Made by a program: the position numbers and the translations under genes. From NCBI GenBank assembly GCA_963652165.1, contig CAVJRM010000021.1, forward strand, positions 3,489 through 35,488: a DNA stretch of 32,000 bases, given 5' to 3'. Shown here in pieces: positions 25,272 through 32,000 of the stretch (within the stretch, counting starts at the first letter, position 1; every line of letters starts with the position of its first letter). The DNA is from a bacterium. GTDB lineage: Bacteria; Bacillota; Clostridia; Oscillospirales; Acutalibacteraceae. The notes under the pieces were generated by a model. The model had not been told where the DNA came from. It saw only the letters and a program-made list of their open reading frames with translations, and did no database searches.

Positions 25272-26105
25272 TTTAAACGCAATATAGCTGAAAAACGTTC
25301 CTTTTTCATTTAGCATAGGGTAGGCATTATTTGAAATATAATTTTTTCCGTTTGTAACCGTAAAGCCGGAGCTTGTAAGCTCAAGGCCCAAGGACGCGCC
25401 CTCTTTTACACCTGTGGCAGTGTAAAGAAGTGTATAATCCCCTTCGATTTTAAACGGCGCCATGCCTCCCGCCGTCACGATTACAGCGGACGGCTCAAAA
25501 TTCAATTCAATCGTATTCGCGTTTTCTCCCGTTCCGTAATATATTCCACCCACATAGGGGCTGTTAAGAAATTCTTGCTGCTTCTCTGAAAGGTGGATTT
25601 TTTCATTTCTGATATGACTGCCGCAAAGTAAAGTTTTATCAAGGAAAGAGGGGAAAACAAGGCTTGAGGATTCCGCAGGGCAAAGAGTGGAAGATACAAT
25701 TGCAAAAGCCGTAAGCACAAAGGCGTCCGTGTCTCTGTCCTCGGAGATTTTTTCACAGCCGGATGTGGTAATATTAAGCCCGGAATCAAAAGTCAGGCAG
25801 TCTATAATATCCGCAAAGGTTTCGTGGCAGGCCTTACCCCCCATGGAGTAAGGCACATGAATGTAAAATCTCAGGTTTATTTTTGCTTTTCGGCAATATT
25901 CTTCCGTTTCAAGCACGGTGCTCTCGGTGCTTTCGAAAGCATCCTCAATATCTATGCCGCCTATTCCCACCGCAACTGTGATTTTCCTTAAGGGCACCGC
26001 TTTTCTGATTGGCGGAAATTCCGTTAGAAATTTCATATCTTTAAATTCTTCTCTTTCGCTGAGCCACTCCGCTATTTTTGAGGGCATGGCGCTCATTTCG
26101 TTCAT
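25257..26105 (-). CDS. Hypothetical protein (282 aa), last gene of the phage-like module
   Basis: Its ATG overlaps the upstream stop (ATGA), so it is translationally coupled to the connector-like genes. I recognise no family. It ends ...AFKSISN*, with the final codons encoded by the repeat terminus. Confidence 0.7.
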   Translation of the reverse strand: MNEMSAMPSKIAEWLSEREEFKDMKFLTEFPPIRKAVPLRKITVAVGIGGIDIEDAFESTESTVLETEEYCRKAKINLRFYIHVPYSMGGKACHETFADIIDCLTFDSGLNITTSGCEKISEDRDTDAFVLTAFAIVSSTLCPAESSSLVFPSFLDKTLLCGSHIRNEKIHLSEKQQEFLNSPYVGGIYYGTGENANTIELNFEPSAVIVTAGGMAPFKIEGDYTLLYTATGVKEGASLGLELTSSGFTVTNGKNYISNNAYPMLNEKGTFFSYIAFKSISN

Positions 26106-26440
26106 TCATCTTCCTCCTCTGTCATTTTACGAACAACAGCCCAAATATAAAGCACTTCGTCTTTAAGATAAACTTTTTCGCCCCTGTCGATTCTGTATTT
26201 TTCCTCGGAGCATTCTATATATCCCTCGGTATTTGTCACATCCACATCGGGAGGGCCTATATATAAATAATAGCCCTCGGGATTATATCCTATCTCCGTG
26301 TTTACCCCGTAAAGATACATTTTGTTTTTGTATCTGAGGGGATTTATATATGCCCGCATTTCAAAAAGGGTTTCCCCCTGCTCCGTTTTAAGGGAACAGG
26401 GGCGGGCATATTTATTCATAAGCTGCCCGAAAGCTTTCAT
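26102..26440 (-). CDS. Possible head-closure or head-tail joining protein (112 aa)
   Basis: The call rests on position (second gene after the capsid gene), size, and overlapping start and stop codons. Similarity to SPP1 gp16 / HK97 gp7-type proteins is only suggestive. Confidence 0.5.
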   Translation of the reverse strand: MKAFGQLMNKYARPCSLKTEQGETLFEMRAYINPLRYKNKMYLYGVNTEIGYNPEGYYLYIGPPDVDVTNTEGYIECSEEKYRIDRGEKVYLKDEVLYIWAVVRKMTEEEDE

Positions 26441-26799
26441 ATTCTCACCTGCTTAAAAGAAAATGTTGTGTCTTTAATCAGTGAAGAGGAGTTTTCCGTG
26501 GCAAGATCAAGCTGTTCCTTTGCCTTTGCAAGAAGAGAGACCGTATCGGAATTTACTGTAACGTCACCGGCTTTAAAGGAAGTAACTCCTTCCCCGGAAT
26601 AAAAATTTCTCATGCAAAGGCGATGATTTACCATAGCCGCACCTAAGGCAATAAGACGAATATCATTTAAATCCGCTTTTTCTCTTGCGGAAAGAACCAG
26701 CTCCTCGCAAACGGTTTCACAAAGGGATAAAATTACGCTTTCCTCTGCGTAAAATCCGTAAACTTCACCGAAATATTTGTAAATTGAATTTTTATCCAT
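26437..26799 (-). CDS. Possible gp6-like head-tail connector/adaptor (120 aa)
   Basis: It lies immediately after the capsid gene (TAATG overlap at 26797-26801). It appears helical, and its size and position are typical of head-tail adaptor proteins. Confidence 0.5.
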   Translation of the reverse strand: MDKNSIYKYFGEVYGFYAEESVILSLCETVCEELVLSAREKADLNDIRLIALGAAMVNHRLCMRNFYSGEGVTSFKAGDVTVNSDTVSLLAKAKEQLDLATENSSSLIKDTTFSFKQVRI

Positions 26800-27800
26800 T
26801 ACTTTGAAAGCACCTTTGCCGCGCCGTCTGCGATTTTTGCAAAGCCTGCAGTGCAGCTGATAACAGCCCTTTCAAGCTGACGGTCAATGAGCTTGTCGTA
26901 CTCAGTGGTAATATCCCCGGCTTTAACCATTTCAAGTGCGGAATTTTTATCAATGCCCAAAATTTTACCTTCGCCGAGGGCAGAAGATTTAAGAAGCCTT
27001 GAGCCAAAGGGTGTAAGAGCTTTTCCGGTGCCGTGGAATGTGAGACCTGCCGCCGCATCCCTGAATTGAGACATATTGAGAATTGCGGCCATCATATCCG
27101 GAGAAGCTATCATTGTGTTCATTTCATAAGGGTCAAAGCTGTTCCAAAGGGTAATAAGATCACTGTAATCAATATTTGCTCCGGCGATTTTAATAACTTC
27201 CGCTTTGTTATCGTTACCGTCGCCGTTTTCAAGCACATTCACCGCATCTTTAAGCAAGGTGCGGGAAATATATGCGCCGATTTGCCTTAAAGTAACGGTA
27301 AATAAATCAAGGCGCTGATATTTAATAGCTTCATAAGAAGCCACAAGGCTTCTGCCTCTCTTTCGGAGTGTTACCAGATTATCCTTTGTATGAATTGAGG
27401 TTTCGGGAATGTATGCACCCTCTTTTACGGTTTTAAGCTCCTTTTCATCCTCAGTGGGAACGGAACTTATGGAGCGATAATCAAGAGAATTTATTTTTGT
27501 GGTGGCGGCAACAATATCTTTAAGAATATCCGCCTGCTCCATACCCTGCTTCACAGCCCTTGAAACATACTCCGGGAAAAGCACGGCGCTGTCTGAGGTT
27601 TGAAAGAATTTTTCCACCGTGTCACTGCCCGGACCGCTGACCTTTATATTAAATCTTTTCAGCTGGCGCTGATAAGCATCAAGCTTTTCAAGAGAAGTGC
27701 CCTTATAATTCTCGTCCGGATCGATTCCCGAAAGAGCTTTTGTAAAATTACCTGCTGAGTAAAGTCCTTTTTCAAGATGTATATTATCAAAATTTGACAT
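26799..27800 (-). CDS. Major capsid protein (HK97 fold expected), 333 aa
   Basis: It follows the protease. Sequence features ...VLFPEYVSRAV...LDYRSI...LVTLRKRGRSLVASYEAIKYQRLDLF...FGSRLLKSSALGEGKILGIDKNSALEMV... are typical of siphophage major capsid proteins. GGAGGA SD. Confidence 0.8.
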   Translation of the reverse strand: MSNFDNIHLEKGLYSAGNFTKALSGIDPDENYKGTSLEKLDAYQRQLKRFNIKVSGPGSDTVEKFFQTSDSAVLFPEYVSRAVKQGMEQADILKDIVAATTKINSLDYRSISSVPTEDEKELKTVKEGAYIPETSIHTKDNLVTLRKRGRSLVASYEAIKYQRLDLFTVTLRQIGAYISRTLLKDAVNVLENGDGNDNKAEVIKIAGANIDYSDLITLWNSFDPYEMNTMIASPDMMAAILNMSQFRDAAAGLTFHGTGKALTPFGSRLLKSSALGEGKILGIDKNSALEMVKAGDITTEYDKLIDRQLERAVISCTAGFAKIADGAAKVLSK

Positions 27801-27813
27801 TTTTCATTCCTCC

Positions 27814-28155
27814 TTAAAATATAAATGTAATTGTTTTTGCTTCTTCATCAATGGAAATAACGTAAATAGGTCTGCCTTCATCACTTACTTCAAGCTCTCC
27901 CTCGGCGCCAATGCTAACGATGTTTTTTCCCAATGAGATTTCAGCAGAAGAATTTTCAGCCGTTATAATTCCTCGGTAGCAAACAGCGGCGTAGCTTTCA
28001 TCTGAGGATATAACACAGCCTAAAAAGTCGCCGGAGCTTATGTTTGATGCTACTTTTCCGTTTTCGCTAATAGCTACAAATTTACCCTTTTCAATTTTAT
28101 TGTCAGTCATAAATGTGGCAATTTCGGTGCCGCAGCCGTTAAAAGATACATTCAT
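27814..28155 (-). CDS. Small beta-rich protein between protease and capsid genes (DUF2190-like, possible decoration or scaffold accessory)
   Basis: 113 aa with an AGGAGA SD. Its position between the protease and the capsid gene is where DUF2190-type proteins usually sit. The assignment is tentative. Confidence 0.5.
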   Translation of the reverse strand: MNVSFNGCGTEIATFMTDNKIEKGKFVAISENGKVASNISSGDFLGCVISSDESYAAVCYRGIITAENSSAEISLGKNIVSIGAEGELEVSDEGRPIYVISIDEEAKTITFIF

Positions 28156-28173
28156 TTTTATTTCTCCTTTTTA

Positions 28174-29013
28174 TTAAATTATATATTCATTATTATTTTC
28201 TTTTCTGTCTTCTTCCTTGTTGTTAATCGGTTCAAGCTGCCTTACAAGGGGAAGATTTTTTTCACTTTGTGCTTTAAATGCATTTCTCATCTCTCTGAGC
28301 TCCCCAATGGGCAAAAGGGCGCAAATTTTTTTAATCCCCGTAAAATTCGGCATTACAAGGGCAGAATATTTTATAATATCCCCGGTAATATCCTCTCTGT
28401 ACATGGCGGCAATGTCTTCTTGCTCCTTGGGAGTGTAGGATTTAACGACCCCCGCATTTTTCTGGGCAGGCACCGCCACAAAAGACCATTCATAAGCATC
28501 TTCGGGCTCGCACAAATGATGGCAGCAAATTTTGCCACCGTATTCTTTGCCTTTTATATGCTCACAGCCCTCGGTTTTAATGTCTTTTCCGCAAATTGAG
28601 CATTTAACGCTTTTCACACTGCAGCCAACGCTTGTTTCTTTCTTTATACCTGCATCGATTTCCGCAATAAGGTCTTTGTTTGTTTCCGTTCTCACCATAT
28701 ATGCCTTAGCTTTAACGCAGGTGTAAATTTCTCCGTCAGCTGTTTTACGTGTAGGGTCATTTTCAACCCATGCGGAGTAAATTCTCGCATTCTGATTTTT
28801 ACCGCTCATATTATGGTCAAAGATTCCCGTTTTACCTACAAATAATTTTGCAAGTTTTTCAAGGCTCTCCACCGTGAATTTTTCTCTGTCCCTGTCAATT
28901 TCGTTATCGCAGAGAATAAGGGAAAAGGTGTAAATTTCCTCCTCTGTCATTTCTTTTCGGGCAAAGGTTCCTATTTGCTCCAATTCCTCTTTGCTGATTT
29001 TGTTTTCTTTCAT
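28174..29013 (-). CDS. HK97-family prohead serine protease with a Cys-rich insertion and a C-terminal extension
   Basis: 279 aa from MKENKISKEE, with a GGAGG SD 7 nt upstream. GIFDHNMSG is the His motif, KKETSVGCSV is the Ser motif, and YEWSFVAVPAQKNAGV matches the E.S.V..PA motif of Peptidase_S78-type proteases. The insertion reads CSICGKDIKTEGCEHIKGKEYGGKICCHHLC. Confidence 0.78.
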   Translation of the reverse strand: MKENKISKEELEQIGTFARKEMTEEEIYTFSLILCDNEIDRDREKFTVESLEKLAKLFVGKTGIFDHNMSGKNQNARIYSAWVENDPTRKTADGEIYTCVKAKAYMVRTETNKDLIAEIDAGIKKETSVGCSVKSVKCSICGKDIKTEGCEHIKGKEYGGKICCHHLCEPEDAYEWSFVAVPAQKNAGVVKSYTPKEQEDIAAMYREDITGDIIKYSALVMPNFTGIKKICALLPIGELREMRNAFKAQSEKNLPLVRQLEPINNKEEDRKENNNEYII

Positions 29014-29015
29014 TA

Positions 29016-30146
29016 TCAAACCTCCTTGTTGATTTTTTCCGCCTGTGCTCTGTAAAGCATGGCCTTGCTCTGCTCCACTTCATCCTGAAGGGTAATATCA
29101 TCCCATTCAACCGTAACATCGGGAAGATACCCAAGGCTTGAAAGATATAAGCTTGCAATTTTCATAATTACCGGTGTAAGTATTCGCCTGTAAGCCTCAA
29201 GCTCGCTTGTTAAAGCGTCCGCTTGCTGGGTGCTCATTCGCTCCGTGGTGCTCCAAGAAAGCCCAAGCATAAAGGGGGGCAAACCTGTTTTTGCAACAAT
29301 CTGCTCCAGCATTTGTCTGACGGGAACTTCACTGTCCATAATTTGTGAATCCGCCCCAATGGCTTTTATTTGCACGTCACCTACTGCCACAAAATCTCTT
29401 GTTTCTCTGCCGTTTCTCATGGCGGATGCCCATTCTTCGGCAATTTGAGATGCCCTTTCCCGTGCAAAAGCTTTTTCCGTGGAGTCGTTTTTCGGGTTAT
29501 AAGTAACCGCAAATCTTAAATTTCCCGCCCTCTCCCAATTTTGGCCGATGCTCTCATAAATCTTCAGCAAAATATTGCTTACAAAAGGTAACCCCTTAAG
29601 CATAGAGCTGCCTGTGAGGGAGCCGGGTTCGGGATTTAAAACGCTTACAAGGCACAACTCCGGCCGAGGAATTTTTACTGCGCCGCCTATATCACGTACA
29701 TAAATATCAATGCCGAAATTATCCTCTGCCCGCCTGAATTCAATATTATCAAGAGGGGAATTATATAGGGCTGCAGGCCTGCCGGATATATCCGTAACAA
29801 TTTCCCCCACTGCTGTGCCGCAAGTGAGGAGCTGCTCAAGATAGCTTTCCGTAAAAGAATTAATTCCCTGCCTGTTTCCACCAACGGGAACGGTGAGAAG
29901 AAAATTATCAAGAGCTTTTTGAGCCTCGTTACCCTTGCATTTAACTGTGTAACCGCCTGTAAGACGAACTATTTTGAATATAGCCGCATCAATCACGGGA
30001 ACTGCTTCACGCAAGGAATAATAAAGCCTGTTTTGTGCCGTGCCTAAAGGCACATACCCATCAAGAGCCGTAAAAGGATGGCTGTTTTTGGGCTGAGTTA
30101 CCGGGGTTGCGATTTTACCGCTCCCCCGCTTTTTAAAAATTGACAT
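29016..30146 (-). CDS. Phage portal protein (376 aa)
   Basis: It is the first gene after terL, with an AGGAGG SD. The N-terminal region ...NRLYYSLREAVPVIDAAIFKIVRLTGG... and its size are consistent with small siphophage or GTA-type portals. Confidence 0.8.
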   Translation of the reverse strand: MSIFKKRGSGKIATPVTQPKNSHPFTALDGYVPLGTAQNRLYYSLREAVPVIDAAIFKIVRLTGGYTVKCKGNEAQKALDNFLLTVPVGGNRQGINSFTESYLEQLLTCGTAVGEIVTDISGRPAALYNSPLDNIEFRRAEDNFGIDIYVRDIGGAVKIPRPELCLVSVLNPEPGSLTGSSMLKGLPFVSNILLKIYESIGQNWERAGNLRFAVTYNPKNDSTEKAFARERASQIAEEWASAMRNGRETRDFVAVGDVQIKAIGADSQIMDSEVPVRQMLEQIVAKTGLPPFMLGLSWSTTERMSTQQADALTSELEAYRRILTPVIMKIASLYLSSLGYLPDVTVEWDDITLQDEVEQSKAMLYRAQAEKINKEV

Positions 30147-30166
30147 GTTAACCTCCTTGTTTAGTT

Positions 30167-30440
30167 AATGTGGAATGGTGGGCAGTGGATAGTGGGCAGT
30201 GGGTAGTGGGTATAATAGCAGAAACTGACAGTGAGCAATTAACAATGAGCTTTATTTAATGAGCAATGAGCAATGAGTAATGAGTAATGAAGGGGATTTT
30301 GCCGTGCAAAATCCGATTGTATAGAAACGTAGAAATTGACGGAGAGGTTGTCAGCTTGCGTAGCAAGCCAATACAAACGGAGCGAAGCGACCCACCATTG
30401 CTAATTGCTAATTGCTAATTGCTAATTGAGCGTCAGCGAC
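30167..30440. repeat. Intergenic mosaic repeat, copy E; the longest copy, inside the phage-like operon
   Basis: Seven heptads run from AATGTGG to GGTATAA (30167-30215). Then GCAGAAACTGACAGTGAGC, (AATGAGY)x4 (30258-30285), and the hairpin GGATTTTGC-CGT-GCAAAATCC (30294-30314). Then GTAGAAATTGACGGAGAG, GAGCGAAGCGACCC, (GCTAATT)x4 (30400-30427), and GAGCGTCAGCGAC (30428-30440). Confidence 0.8.
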
Positions 30441-31692
30441 TAATGCTCATCACACAAAATCCGTCCTCCCCCTCATTCATTAAAACGGTAGAAACAAAAT
30501 ATCTTACATCGTCCATGGCGTGGTCGTTTTCTTTAATAACCGTATCCCCCTGTGAATCGGGTTTCCACCTGTAAAGGCCGAATTCCCTGATAGTATCTTT
30601 ACATTCCGGGGAAAAATAAATTCTTTCTTCCCTTAGGCAATCCTGCACTCGGCGGATGCCGTCAATCACATCGTTTTTTGCTTTAATCACTCTGAATTTG
30701 CCTTTTCTCTGAATAAGTTCAATAAAGCTTGCGGCCGACGGGTCCACAATCACCGCCCTGATTGGCAAAGAGCCTGCCAAGGTGCAAAGAGCTTCATAAT
30801 GCTCTCCGTCCGTTTTTCTGAATCCGGATTCCCGTGAATCAAAATAATATTCCTTAATTCTGTACCATTTTTCCCCGCACCTGCCCCAAAGGCCGAAAGA
30901 TGAAGGGTTCACCGTGCCGTAATCGCAGGAAATATAATATTCGCCGAAGTTTTCCGGGGGAATTTTTATGTGCCTGTCCTCGCTGAACATGGGGTAAACA
31001 CAGCCCTCTGCCGCCACCCATAAGCCTAAAATGTAGCGGTCACGAAAAACGCCGGTATATAATCGCTCATATCTTGCTTTGATTTCCGGGGAAAGAGAAG
31101 GGTTATCTCCCATTGTAAAATGCAGATAAAGACAGTTTTTTTCATCCGCCCTTTTTACCCATTCTTCACAAAACCAATGCATAGGGTGCTCCGGGTTGCA
31201 ATTAAACCAAAATTTTGCGCCCGTCACCGAGCACCTTGCCAAAGCTTGCTCCGCAAATGAGCGGGGCATAAGAGCAATTTCATCAAGCATAACACCGGAT
31301 AAGGTCATTCCCTGAATGAGGGAGGCAGAGCTTTCGTCCCTGCCCCCGAAAAGCCAAAAATAATTTTTATGGCCGAATGCTCTTACTTCAATCATGTTTC
31401 TGCTGAGTTTTTCTTCGTATCCGATTCCCAGAGATTTAAGCACCGGAAAAACGGAGGTAACAATATTTCGCCTTACGGATGCAATGGTTTTACCGCAGAT
31501 TGCAAAGGAGGAGCCATCAAAATTGAAAGATGCCCAAGTTACAAAAGATACGGTCATGCAAAGGGTTTTTCCGCTTCTCACGGCCCCGTCGCAGATTATG
31601 CCGTCCTTGTCTTTATATTCACTTTGAGGCAGCCACCAGCTGAGCACTTTCATTTGCTTCGGTGAAAAAGATTCAAAACCTCCGGCGCTCAT
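30433..31692 (-). CDS. Terminase large subunit, PBSX/XtmB-like family
   Basis: 419 aa. Walker A is DGAVRSGKT. GVMLDEIALM is Walker B-like. ...FWFNCNPEHPMHWF...LYLHFTMGDNPSLSPE... is typical of PBSX-type TerL. Its ATG overlaps the terS stop (ATGA). Confidence 0.92.
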   Translation of the reverse strand: MSAGGFESFSPKQMKVLSWWLPQSEYKDKDGIICDGAVRSGKTLCMTVSFVTWASFNFDGSSFAICGKTIASVRRNIVTSVFPVLKSLGIGYEEKLSRNMIEVRAFGHKNYFWLFGGRDESSASLIQGMTLSGVMLDEIALMPRSFAEQALARCSVTGAKFWFNCNPEHPMHWFCEEWVKRADEKNCLYLHFTMGDNPSLSPEIKARYERLYTGVFRDRYILGLWVAAEGCVYPMFSEDRHIKIPPENFGEYYISCDYGTVNPSSFGLWGRCGEKWYRIKEYYFDSRESGFRKTDGEHYEALCTLAGSLPIRAVIVDPSAASFIELIQRKGKFRVIKAKNDVIDGIRRVQDCLREERIYFSPECKDTIREFGLYRWKPDSQGDTVIKENDHAMDDVRYFVSTVLMNEGEDGFCVMSISR

Positions 31693-32000
31693 TCTTCATC
31701 ATCCGCCTTTTCAGCAGAACGCATAAGAGCCTTTATAAATTCACTGCTCCTGTCGCTGTCTTTATCTCCAAAAGCCATAAGGCATTGGATAGCTTTAAGC
31801 CTGTCTGCGAATTTAATTTCGGAAATGCAACCGGCGGTGCGCTTAATATCAACCACATTCAAAAGATTTAATCTTTTAAGCTGCCTTTCCGTTAAATCGT
31901 TGCCATGCATAAGCAGGCGAATAGGGTCACTTACCGAACCTAAGGCAAGTTGCTTCAAAACTTCACCTATTTCTTCATTTATATCATTTTTATTTTTCAT
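31689..32000 (-). CDS. Terminase small subunit (candidate); possibly truncated by the window edge
   Basis: 103 aa beginning at an ATG on the last three bases of the window. It overlaps terL by 4 nt. The segment LKRLNLLNVVDIKRTAGCISEIKFADRLKAIQCLMAF resembles the C-terminal part of small terminases. Confidence 0.6.
   Translation of the reverse strand: MKNKNDINEEIGEVLKQLALGSVSDPIRLLMHGNDLTERQLKRLNLLNVVDIKRTAGCISEIKFADRLKAIQCLMAFGDKDSDRSSEFIKALMRSAEKADDEE

Larger units (their letters stand above)
25257..32000 (-). mobile_element. Phage-derived head-morphogenesis and DNA-packaging module (prophage remnant, satellite, or domesticated element); its upstream end lies outside the window
   Basis: A co-directional, tightly packed or overlapping gene series: terS, terL, portal, prohead protease, small beta protein, major capsid protein, two connector-like proteins, and a 282-aa unknown. 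It abuts the convergent housekeeping gene nadE. Confidence 0.7.

Noticed and set aside
30441-30490. The terL 3' end (AATGAATGAGGGGGAGGACGGATTTTGTGTGATGAGC on the coding strand) resembles the repeat core AATGAAGGGGATTTTGCTGTGCA, suggesting the last 15 or so codons are repeat-derived.
   Set aside because: The similarity is patchy and needs gaps, and it could be chance. Only the final codons from AGT CGC TGA onward clearly match a repeat module, so the broader claim is not made.

Overview
This window looks like a chromosomal segment from a low-to-mid GC Firmicute, probably a Clostridia or Oscillospiraceae-like anaerobe; that taxonomic call is inference only.

**Gene content, left to right**
- 1-5574 (minus strand): secreted or surface proteins, including a 1327-aa giant, with a 56-aa 2x[4Fe-4S] ferredoxin gene that the ORF track missed.
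- 5965-7300: the infC-rpmI-rplT operon, with an L20-leader-like attenuator and a probable AUC start for infC.
- 7342-7462: a stand-alone 5S rRNA gene with its own consensus promoter and terminator.
- About 7548-11160: an AT-rich decayed mobile island. It holds a serine-recombinase N-terminal stub fused to a frameshifted NADAR C-terminal fragment, a TnpW-like small gene, an AlbA_2/Schlafen-like + HATPase_c_4 + wHTH protein, and a lipoprotein.
- 11383-20084: a long minus-strand operon, cysteine desulfurase-thiI-cinA-srtB-srtB-SpoIID-like.
- 20286-25059 (plus strand): two secreted proteins (one DUF2804-like, one an LCAT-like alpha/beta hydrolase) and nadE.
- 25257-32000: a compact phage-derived head and packaging module (terS, terL, portal, prohead protease, small beta protein, HK97-fold capsid, two connector-like proteins, a 282-aa unknown). 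No tail genes are visible.

**Two signals not explained by ordinary annotation**
1. A mosaic, highly structured intergenic repeat family occurs at five loci (about 5869, 11201, 22948, 25045 and 30167).
   - It is built from heptad microsatellite arrays: AATTAGC, AATGAGY, AATGTGR and GYAGTGG.
   - It has a conserved GGATTTTGC-NNN-GCAAAATCC hairpin core and further shared modules.
   - Its TCAATTAGCAATTA termini provide the last codons (SISN) and the stop codon of two convergent genes, and sit in frame right behind the terL stop.
2. The tail-less capsid and packaging module has itself been invaded by one of these repeats.

All family assignments come from reading motifs by eye. No searches were run.
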